Source: Candidatus Nitrosopumilus koreensis AR1
GTDB taxonomy: Archaea; Thermoproteota; Nitrososphaeria; Nitrososphaerales; Nitrosopumilaceae
NCBI RefSeq assembly: GCF_000299365.1
Contig: NC_018655.1
Span: 450,001-482,000 of the forward strand
Length of the DNA stretch: 32,000 nucleotides
Direction: 5' to 3'
Shown: in pieces, positions 25,100-32,000 of the stretch
How the letters are laid out: the number at the start of each line of letters is the position of its first letter
Position numbering within the stretch: position 1 is the stretch's first letter
Notes under the pieces: generated by a model
Told to the model about the DNA's origin: nothing
Database searches by the model: none
The model's input: the letters and a program-made list of their open reading frames with translations, nothing else
Program-made: the position numbers and the translations under genes

Positions 25100-25813
25100 A
25101 TGATGTTGGATCCGCTAATACGTTTCAAAGATGCACATTCTAAAGGAATAATCCCTGATGATGTATATGACCTTACAATCAAACGTTTCCCTTTTACTGT
25201 TGCAGGAATTAATAGAATTGAAAAAGCATCTGGAATTCGTTATCCTGTTGCATATGTGGAGCCATCATTAGTAATATCTGCACCAAACCCTAATTCTTAT
25301 GAATATGGTATCTTGTTTGCACGAACAATTCCTGTGGTATTTGAGGATAAATTCCAGGTTGTAATTCAAATTTCTGCTCCTTTGGTAGCTTATGGTCTGA
25401 AAGGTACGATTCATGCGATTTTGGCACATGAATTTTTACATTTTCTAGAATTAATACGAAAAATTTCAAAGATGGAATTACTCTCAGATGAAATCTCTGG
25501 AAATTTATTTGAAAATGTTTACAGTGATGAAACTAGATTGTTTGAACCCAAAGCTGTATTCAAAGATCGTACACTGCTAAACCATATCACAAAAAAATTC
25601 CCGGCTGGCTTTCGTGACTATAAACTTGAAGATAAAGTTACCAAATTTTGGATTGATAGGAATCTTCCAAAAATTAACATTTCTTTGGATTCTAATAATG
25701 TAAAATTGCCTGCAGATGCTCTCTCTAAAATTAAACTTGACCCTTCATTTGTTTCAAAACTTGAACAACTGGAAGAAAAGAGCTCTAAGATTCGTAAAAA
25801 GAAATTATACTAA
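25100..25813 (+). CDS. hypothetical protein with an HExxH motif (putative zinc metallopeptidase)
   Basis: The only recognisable feature is a single AILAHEFLHFLE motif in the middle of 237 aa. Confidence 0.5.
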   Translation: MMLDPLIRFKDAHSKGIIPDDVYDLTIKRFPFTVAGINRIEKASGIRYPVAYVEPSLVISAPNPNSYEYGILFARTIPVVFEDKFQVVIQISAPLVAYGLKGTIHAILAHEFLHFLELIRKISKMELLSDEISGNLFENVYSDETRLFEPKAVFKDRTLLNHITKKFPAGFRDYKLEDKVTKFWIDRNLPKINISLDSNNVKLPADALSKIKLDPSFVSKLEQLEEKSSKIRKKKLY

Positions 25814-25824
25814 GTTAAATTTTT

Positions 25825-25998
25825 TTATTGATTAAATTCTGTTAATCCACATTTTCCACATGTGTGTCTATCTTTGTGTTCTGACATAAAAACACCTTTA
25901 CCACATCTTGAACAAATTTTCTTGATTCGTGATACTTTGTCTCCGTCTACTTTGTAGTATGCATAGACATTTGGGCTTGAACCTTTCTTTCCTGCCAT
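25825..25998 (-). CDS. rps27ae: 30S ribosomal protein S27ae (eS31); missed by the ORF track at 57 aa
   Basis: The translation is [57 protein letters not shown], with a C4 zinc ribbon. Its ATG overlaps the eS24 stop (TAATG). Confidence 0.9.
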   Translation of the reverse strand: MAGKKGSSPNVYAYYKVDGDKVSRIKKICSRCGKGVFMSEHKDRHTCGKCGLTEFNQ

Positions 25999-26399
25999 TA
26001 TTCAGATTTCTCCTCTTCTTTTGGTTCTTCAGCAGGTGCTTCTGCTGCTTTTTCTTCTGCTGGAGTATCCTCCGCAGGCGCTTCTTGAGCTGCAGCTTCT
26101 GCTTCAGCAAGCTTTGCTTTTGATTTTTCTAATCTTGAGAAAATTGTTGGATTGACATGTTTCTTTGCCAATCCTTCATCTTCATACACAAAGAAAGTTC
26201 CTGTTACAATTGGTTTTCCAACATGAGTCTGTAACCTCATTGGGATTACCACTTTACCATCAAGTTTGAATTCTTTAGTAATCATATCGACTGCCTCGAG
26301 TTTTTTGAGTTTTCCTGCTAATCCTGCAAAATTGCATGTAAGCTCCCTTCTGGATAGGAATGTGTTATCTACGTCTGTGATGGTCTCAATGATTGACAT
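25998..26399 (-). CDS. rps24e: 30S ribosomal protein S24e (eS24) with an acidic Ala/Glu/Pro-rich C-terminal extension
   Basis: From the internal ATG at 26399 the sequence is [50 protein letters not shown]. The track's longer N-terminal extension (to 26513) is hydrophobic, unlike eS24, and would overlap the divergent neighbouring gene. Confidence 0.85.
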   Translation of the reverse strand: MSIIETITDVDNTFLSRRELTCNFAGLAGKLKKLEAVDMITKEFKLDGKVVIPMRLQTHVGKPIVTGTFFVYEDEGLAKKHVNPTIFSRLEKSKAKLAEAEAAAQEAPAEDTPAEEKAAEAPAEEPKEEEKSE

Positions 26400-26481
26400 G
26401 TATCCAAAATCCTTTAGATATTTCATATAAACCTTGATTGAAATAGGCAAGAAATTTAAGAAAATCTTGGTAAACTTTACT

Positions 26482-27042
26482 ATGGAACGATATATGCTAC
26501 ATTTGAAAAACACTCGTTACACACCTGAGAATTCACGTGAGGTTGTCTACAAGGCAAGAGATCTTGCATCTGATATGAATGCCTCAATCCGAGTTGCTAG
26601 AATTGCCAAGAAGTTTGTTGAATTAGATGTTTCAGTTGAAAAAGAAGACCTTGACAAACTGGTTGACAAATTATCCCCTATTGGACCAATTGATAACATT
26701 CGTCATGTCCTTGAAGAAGAAATTGAAAAAGAGAAGGGAATCGCTGATGGAATATTTTATTTTAACAATGAACGATTTTGGGAAAGTCATGAAGCATTTG
26801 AAGGTGTTTGGAAAAAATGCTTTGGACGGGAAAAAGAAATTGTTCAAGGAATTATCTTAATGGCAGTTGCTTTTGCACATGCTCAAAAAAATGAATTAAG
26901 CATTGGGATTGGAATGCTTCGAAGAGTTTTAGAAAAATTAGGAACTTCTCCTTCTAAATATCACTCAATTGATGTTGATAGAATTAGAACTAAAGCAATT
27001 GAAATGCAACAAGAAAATAAACTGACTACGTTTGAGATTTGA
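26482..27042 (+). CDS. DUF309-domain protein
   Basis: The segment FNNERFWESHEAFEGVWKK....QGIILMAVAFAHAQKNELSIG matches the DUF309 pattern. The start is placed at the ATG at 26482 to avoid the rps24e promoter region. Confidence 0.6.
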   Translation: MERYMLHLKNTRYTPENSREVVYKARDLASDMNASIRVARIAKKFVELDVSVEKEDLDKLVDKLSPIGPIDNIRHVLEEEIEKEKGIADGIFYFNNERFWESHEAFEGVWKKCFGREKEIVQGIILMAVAFAHAQKNELSIGIGMLRRVLEKLGTSPSKYHSIDVDRIRTKAIEMQQENKLTTFEI

Positions 27043-28312
27043 TTAATTCTAAAGATTTTGTAACTACCTCTGCACCCTGAAGAAGACCTATGCTTCCTTT
27101 CTTTGCTTGGGCTTCAGTCATTCTGGTTGTGCCATCTTTTTTAATAAAATCTCCAGAAACTAAAACTGGAACTGGGTCATCACTATGTCCTTTATTGATG
27201 CAAGGAGTCGAATGATCAGCTGAAATTACTATTGCAACTTTGTTTGTATCTATGTTCTCAACAAGTGTTTTGAAGAATCGTTGATCAATTTCTTCTATGT
27301 TTTTCATTTTCCCTATGGCATCTCCATCGTGCCCAAATTCGTCAGGTCCTTTAAGATGTACATAAATTGAGTTTTGAGTTTCCATTGCTTTTGCAGCTAC
27401 TCTTGCTTTTTCTTCATAATCTGTTAACCCTCCAGCTTCAAATGCTTTCATTTTTAGTACTTCTGAAATTCCTAATTCTACTGGCATATCTACAATACAT
27501 GAAAAATTCATTCCATATTTTTCATTGATTGGAATTACGTCTGGATATTTGTTTCCTGCATCTCTGAGTAAAATACAACTAAGTTTCTTTTTACCCTGGT
27601 CTTCTCGTTTTTTGTTTATTTGACTTTCTTTACAAATATTGATTGTTTGTTCAGAGAATTCATTTACTATGTTTGCAGTAGATTTTGCATCCTCAATATC
27701 TTCTAAAGGTAAACATTTTTCAATTTTTAAAAAATCTCCAACAGCTTTTGCTACCCCCATACCTCCAATATTGCTGTATGCTGGATCTGTGTTAGTAATT
27801 TTTGATGATAGTTTTTTTCCATCATTTCTAATTCTAACCGTTACTCTGTGACCAATTGTTGGAGACACGACAACAGATGTATCTGGATTTGAGAACTTTA
27901 TTTTTTCTTCAATCTCTTTTGCTATCCCATCTGCATCTTCTTTTTCAATATGTCTGCCTGCCCTTCTGTCAATGATGACTCCTTGATCATCTAATGTTGA
28001 ATAATTTCCTCGTAATGCTAAATCTCCATCTTTAAAATCAATTCCAATTCCTATTGCCTCAATTACCCCTCTTCCTGCATAATCTTCATGTTTGAATTTG
28101 TATCCTAGCATGTTGAAAACAGCAATATCTGATTCCGGAGCAATTCCTTTCCCAACAGAAATTACTTCTCCAATTGCACCATTACTTGCAATTTTATCTA
28201 AAATTGGAGTATTTGCAGCCTCCAGTGGTGTTTTTCCATCTAAATCTGGATGTGGAAGATCTCCGACACCATCTAAAAGAACGTAAATCATATGAACGTC
28301 TGAATTATCCAT
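27026..28312 (-). CDS. apgM: 2,3-bisphosphoglycerate-independent phosphoglycerate mutase, archaeal type (ApgM)
   Basis: It has MIYVLLDGVGD, GKTPLEAANTPILD, PESDIAVFNMLGY, RGNYST and HLKGPDEFGHDGD. The ATG at 28312 is preferred over the TTG at 28378. Confidence 0.85.
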   Translation of the reverse strand: MDNSDVHMIYVLLDGVGDLPHPDLDGKTPLEAANTPILDKIASNGAIGEVISVGKGIAPESDIAVFNMLGYKFKHEDYAGRGVIEAIGIGIDFKDGDLALRGNYSTLDDQGVIIDRRAGRHIEKEDADGIAKEIEEKIKFSNPDTSVVVSPTIGHRVTVRIRNDGKKLSSKITNTDPAYSNIGGMGVAKAVGDFLKIEKCLPLEDIEDAKSTANIVNEFSEQTINICKESQINKKREDQGKKKLSCILLRDAGNKYPDVIPINEKYGMNFSCIVDMPVELGISEVLKMKAFEAGGLTDYEEKARVAAKAMETQNSIYVHLKGPDEFGHDGDAIGKMKNIEEIDQRFFKTLVENIDTNKVAIVISADHSTPCINKGHSDDPVPVLVSGDFIKKDGTTRMTEAQAKKGSIGLLQGAEVVTKSLELIKSQT

Positions 28313-28547
28313 GATTTTTCCCTGATTAATCCAGACCTGATGCTCTCCTTTAAAGTTTGCAACAAATTTTGCGATCAAAATAACAATGAAATTTTCAATT
28401 CTCTGTTTTTTGATTTCAAAAAAGAACTATTTTTGATGAAATTCGTATTTTCTTATTTTTAAAAATTTTTTTAAAAATAATTTTAATTTTTCCATATCAT
28501 TGGATCTTAGTAAACGTTTTAACAGACATTTACTGCAAATTACAATT

Positions 28548-29564
28548 ATGGGAGATATGCGCAAAGATTATGTTTCTGAGCGTTTCATGATTGTCTCCAA
28601 AAAAACAGATAAAGTTAAAGACCCAAAAAAATCCCCATTTGCTCCTGGAAACGAATCCATGACAAATCCTTCTGTTTTGTCTCTTGTTGCAAAAGATGGA
28701 ATGTTGCAAAGATTACAAGACAGTGATGATGAATTTGTTGAAGGGTGGTCTATCCGAGTTTTTGAAAGTAAAAATCCAATTGTGTCCGTTGACACTGAAA
28801 ACACTTACAGTGATAGACCCTTTTACAGTGAGCCTGCATATGGATACCATTACATTGTTGTTGCTTCTCCAAATCAAAAAGATACTTTTGCAACAATTGA
28901 TACTGAACAATGGTCTAACATTTTAGTAGTTGTTCAAGACCGTCTAAGATGGCTTTACACTCAAAAAGGTGTCACATACGTTTCAATTTATGCTGACCAA
29001 GGAGAATTGTCTGGCAGTACAACTCTTCATCCTCATCTCAACATACTAACATTTTCTACAATCCCTCCAATTATTGAAGAAGAAGCTGAAGCATCGCACA
29101 AAATTCTAAACGAAAAAGGTGTTTGCCCAATGTGTCAAACTGTTAATGAGGAAATCAGTGGTCCTAGACAGGTTCTTCAGACTGAAGGCTTTATCGCATT
29201 TTGTCCTTGGTCTCCCTCATATCCATATGAGTTTTGGATTGCTCCTAAGAAACATACTACTAGTTTCTCTAAAATCACTCAAAAAGAAATCAATGACCTG
29301 TCTCTAATTCTAAGAGCAACTCTTGGAGGATTGTCTCAAACCATCAAAAATGTTTCATACAATCTGGTTTTTCACCTTTCTCCTGAGAAAAAAAATAGCA
29401 GACAGATTCATTGGCATATTGAAATTTATCCAATCACAAAACCTTGGTCTGGATTGGAACGTGGATATGGTATTTTCTTAAATGATGTTTCTCCTGAAGA
29501 GGCTGCAGAAAAACTTGGTGCTGCTTGTAGAAAAGAACTAGCAAACCTAGTTGGAATTGTTTGA
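28548..29564 (+). CDS. galactose-1-phosphate uridylyltransferase-family (GalT/HIT-like) protein, divergent
   Basis: This is a two-half HIT-like protein. The first half has PFAPGNE, W.IRVFESKNP and TLHPHLNI. The second half has CPMC, FWIAPKKH and HWHIEIYP. The ATG at 28548 is preferred. Confidence 0.7.
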   Translation: MGDMRKDYVSERFMIVSKKTDKVKDPKKSPFAPGNESMTNPSVLSLVAKDGMLQRLQDSDDEFVEGWSIRVFESKNPIVSVDTENTYSDRPFYSEPAYGYHYIVVASPNQKDTFATIDTEQWSNILVVVQDRLRWLYTQKGVTYVSIYADQGELSGSTTLHPHLNILTFSTIPPIIEEEAEASHKILNEKGVCPMCQTVNEEISGPRQVLQTEGFIAFCPWSPSYPYEFWIAPKKHTTSFSKITQKEINDLSLILRATLGGLSQTIKNVSYNLVFHLSPEKKNSRQIHWHIEIYPITKPWSGLERGYGIFLNDVSPEEAAEKLGAACRKELANLVGIV

Positions 29565-29606
29565 TTTTTGAATAGTTTATTATTCAACCAATGTTTGTCA
29601 TAAATT

Positions 29607-30053
29607 ATGCAACTTGAAAATTGGTTAGGGCTTGGTAGTATTGCCTTTTTTGTATTATTTGTTCTTGTAACTAGTTCTCTTTACTTCTTCATGTTTGATG
29701 ATCCTAACACTTCTGATCTTCCTATTAATCCTGACAACTTTGCAAATCCAAAAATTCTTCAATTCATTTCAATTACTATTGCACCTGGAGGGATTTTAGC
29801 TGCGGTTGCATTCATTTTATCAAAATATTATGGCTCTAAAAGAATAGGTATGATGATTTTGATAGATGGTATTGTTTTACTTGCAGGAATGGCATTTTGT
29901 CAAACCCTTGTAGATAAAATTCATGATTCATACATAACAGATACTGTTTTGATTGTACCTCCATTGTTTATGGTATTATCTGCTCCTGTAATGTATTTTG
30001 GAATACGTTTGATGAAAGTTAGAAAGACTCGTCCAAAAAAAGAATATTTCTAA
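29607..30053 (+). CDS. hypothetical membrane protein (about 4 TM helices)
   Basis: A 148-aa hydrophobic protein with a basic tail (KVRKTRPKKEYF). Confidence 0.5.
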   Translation: MQLENWLGLGSIAFFVLFVLVTSSLYFFMFDDPNTSDLPINPDNFANPKILQFISITIAPGGILAAVAFILSKYYGSKRIGMMILIDGIVLLAGMAFCQTLVDKIHDSYITDTVLIVPPLFMVLSAPVMYFGIRLMKVRKTRPKKEYF

Positions 30054-30487
30054 ATGTGGTCGAACCTTAGTTCGTTTGCTACTTGTTTGAAACCTAATTT
30101 TTCATAAAATGGCTTTACATCATCCGTACAATCTAGAATTGTCTTGTAGCAGCCTTGATTTTTGGCAATTTCAAGAAGATATTTCATAATTTTTTCGCCA
30201 ATTTTTTGCCCTTGGAAATTTTTATCCACTACCACATCTTCGATATGGCCAACTAAGCCCCCTTTGTGGATGAATTTTTGTTCAATCAATAATGTAGTTG
30301 ATCCAACTACTCTCCCATCTATTTCTGCTATTGCTATCAAATAATCTGGATTTGAATCTATTTTTTCAAAAATTTCTTCTGCTTTACTTTTATCAATGTC
30401 ACTTGCTTTTCTTAATGAATCAAGTGTAGTAAGGAACCCCTTATCCAAATCACCTTTTCTTAATTTTCTGATTACTGGATCTCCCAT
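30050..30487 (-). CDS. GNAT acetyltransferase of the glucosamine-6-phosphate N-acetyltransferase (GNA1) type
   Basis: The segment LLIEQKFIHKGGLVGHIEDVVVDKNFQGQKIGEKIM..GCYKTILDCTDDVKPFYEKLGF is closely collinear with my recollection of yeast GNA1 (IIIERKIIHELGLCGHIEDIAVNSKYQGQGLGKLLI..GCYKIILDCDEKNVKFYEKCGF). Confidence 0.8.
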   Translation of the reverse strand: MGDPVIRKLRKGDLDKGFLTTLDSLRKASDIDKSKAEEIFEKIDSNPDYLIAIAEIDGRVVGSTTLLIEQKFIHKGGLVGHIEDVVVDKNFQGQKIGEKIMKYLLEIAKNQGCYKTILDCTDDVKPFYEKLGFKQVANELRFDHI

Positions 30488-30489
30488 TT

Positions 30490-31194
30490 TTATCCTCTAT
30501 TTCCAAATTTCTTGGCATATTCTTGATTTGCTTGTTTGTATGATTCTTTATTTCCAATATCGATAAATCCTTTTTTTGTAATGAAACTGTTAACCAGTTT
30601 TTTCTTGCTCATTGCTTTTTTAATGACATCATCCATTCCGTACGATTTGTTCCTTGGAATGTATTTCAAAATACCTGGTTCCATAACATAGCATCCCATA
30701 TTGATATTTGCTTTAATCTCTGGTTTTTCCACCCAACTTGTTACTTTACCTGTTTTTGAAGTATTAATCACTCCGTATTCCAAATTGGTTTTGTATTCGT
30801 ATAAACTCATGGTGGCAAACGCTTTCTTTGTTTTGTGTTGTTTGATCATATTTCTAAGACTAAAATCAAAAATGGAATCTCCATACACACAAACAAAAGT
30901 ATCGTCAATAAACTCTTCAGCTGTTTTGAGTTGACCTGCAGTGGCTAACGGTTTTTTTGAAATTGCATATTCTATGTTAACCCCAAATTTTTCTCCATCT
31001 TTAAAATAATCTTCAATTGATTTTCGAAGATAACTCACACACAACACTATTGATTTTACTCCATTTTTTTTATTCCAATCTATGAGATGTTCTAAAATTG
31101 GTTTTTTGCCTAATGGTAACATTGGTTTTGGAGTCTTGAGTGTTAGTGGACGTAATCTGGTACCTAGTCCTCCCGCTAGAATTACTGCCTTCAC
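30490..31194 (-). CDS. sugar-1-phosphate nucleotidyltransferase (short form, no LbH acetyltransferase domain)
   Basis: It has the N-terminal MKAVILAGGLGTRLRPLT..PKPMLP signature. The product is 234 aa with a GTG start. Its stop lies 2 nt before the GNA1-like start. Confidence 0.85.
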   Translation of the reverse strand: MKAVILAGGLGTRLRPLTLKTPKPMLPLGKKPILEHLIDWNKKNGVKSIVLCVSYLRKSIEDYFKDGEKFGVNIEYAISKKPLATAGQLKTAEEFIDDTFVCVYGDSIFDFSLRNMIKQHKTKKAFATMSLYEYKTNLEYGVINTSKTGKVTSWVEKPEIKANINMGCYVMEPGILKYIPRNKSYGMDDVIKKAMSKKKLVNSFITKKGFIDIGNKESYKQANQEYAKKFGNRG

Positions 31195-31249
31195 AAATAT
31201 TCTTTCATGTGTGAGTATTTATGTTCAAGGATGATTTGATACTGTGATT

Positions 31250-32000
31250 TTATCCTGTAATTTTTAATATTTTTTTTAAAACATTTTCTGGTGTTTTGCC
31301 AAAAACAATAATCATTGGTTCTTTTCCAAAGTCCCCTTTATGATAAATTACATCTGGAATATTTTTTGAATTTTTAATTGCAAAATTTATTCCCCATTTA
31401 ATTGTCGAACCTTTGATTTTAACATCTTTGGGTTCTAAACTACGATCATAACTACCTACTATCAATTTAGATTTTTTAATTTTTGATATAGTTGTTTTTT
31501 GATATTTTAAATTAATTGCCGAACAAATTTGTGGATATTTCTTATTCATAGATAACAATGCAGTTGCAACGTGTTTTGAGCCACCGTATTTCAGTTCTCC
31601 AGCAACAATGACTCTTTTTTCTGCCTTGACAATTCTTCCTGAAATTCCCAAAACATCTTTTGTAGATTTTGGTTTTTGTTTTGAGAATACAAAATTTGTT
31701 TGGCATTCTGGAATATTTTTGTAAATTCCTTTTATTTCGGTAAATCTGTTTATTGCATTAGACAAGTCTTCTTTGATCTTGTCTTCACTCTGTATGTCTG
31801 TAATTAAAACACCTTTTCCAATCTTTTTTGCATTTTTTATCGAGTCGTATGTGAATTTTCTTGCAAAATACAATGATTCTTTGATGCTTTTCTTTTTTGC
31901 AAGAGAATAGACTATTGCAGCAGAGTGATTGCAACCACTACCGTGATTAATTTTTGAAATCTTTTCTCCTGATATGACATATTTTGTGTTTTTTTCTAGT
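31250..32000 (-). CDS. thiDN: bifunctional ThiD/ThiN (ThiDN) thiamine biosynthesis protein; N-terminal part lies outside the window
   Basis: The frame stays open upstream of the track's TTG to the window edge (codon frame starts at 31999), reading ..HGSGCNHSAAIVYSLAKKKSIKESL, which is the ThiD C-terminus. The ThiN part has IPECQTNFVF, GRIVKA, GGSKHVATALL, SAINLKY, YDRSLEP, WGINFAI and PDVIYHKGDFGKEPMIIVFG. Confidence 0.8.
   Translation of the reverse strand, partial: LEKNTKYVISGEKISKINHGSGCNHSAAIVYSLAKKKSIKESLYFARKFTYDSIKNAKKIGKGVLITDIQSEDKIKEDLSNAINRFTEIKGIYKNIPECQTNFVFSKQKPKSTKDVLGISGRIVKAEKRVIVAGELKYGGSKHVATALLSMNKKYPQICSAINLKYQKTTISKIKKSKLIVGSYDRSLEPKDVKIKGSTIKWGINFAIKNSKNIPDVIYHKGDFGKEPMIIVFGKTPENVLKKILKITG

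Noticed and set aside
25898-26123. Two K/R-rich or C/F-rich track ORFs (25898-26110 minus and 25929-26123 plus).
   Set aside because: They are off-frame readings of the rps27ae gene and of the GC-richer acidic tail of rps24e. The ribosomal-protein frames are unambiguous.
26400-26513. The N-terminal extension of the eS24 ORF in the track (MFFKCSIYRSIVKF...).
   Set aside because: The extension is hydrophobic and unlike eS24. The conserved N-terminus begins at the internal ATG at 26399, and the extension would overlap the divergent DUF309 gene region.
1-32000. Mobile elements, prophage, integrase or transposase genes, toxin-antitoxin pairs or defence islands.
   Set aside because: No ORF shows integrase, transposase, nuclease-helicase or Cas-like motifs. 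I noticed no terminal inverted repeats or tRNA-flanked direct repeats. Gene content is core housekeeping throughout. Long-range repeats cannot be excluded by eye.

Overview
The window is AT-rich (I estimate about one-third GC by eye), densely coded archaeal chromosome. Gene content suggests an ammonia-oxidising thaumarchaeon (Nitrosopumilus-like). That assignment is inference from content: TFB, aIF1A, aIF5A, eS8/eS24/eS31, Gar1, SRP19/SRP54, Pus10 and intron-bearing tRNAs sit alongside bacterial-type CspA and ScpA/ScpB. Most of the window is core housekeeping: glycolysis (pgk, apgM), a haem/sirohaem cluster (hemA, hemB, sirC-like, fused AhbA/B-like), sufC, translation and SRP genes, chromosome segregation, and a small nucleotide-sugar group (GalT-like, GNA1-like acetyltransferase, short nucleotidyltransferase, ThiDN). 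I see no CRISPR array, transposase, integrase, prophage or recognisable defence island, and I cannot point to a convincing new multi-gene system. The observations most worth a second look are as follows. (1) Three adjacent genes at 9.9-12.1 kb are frame-disrupted, one by an exact 14-bp tandem duplication in a Cld/HemQ-like gene and two at minus-strand poly-A runs (poly-T on the given strand). (2) A 15-bp-periodic lysine-codon repeat in a coiled-coil protein carries a 5-bp 'caacc' phase break, and the product is strongly basic in both frames. (3) Genes missed by the 60-aa ORF track include a 40-aa C2H2-type zinc finger with its own TATA box, eS31 (S27ae), and a 32-aa basic ORF. (4) There is a candidate C/D-box sRNA between aIF5A and dph6. 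(5) A eukaryote-type GNA1 acetyltransferase appears to be co-transcribed with a short sugar-phosphate nucleotidyltransferase. (6) Two tRNAs carry introns: Tyr with about 50 nt plus an encoded CCA, and Leu with about 16 nt. All functional calls rest on motif recognition by eye, and no database search was run.
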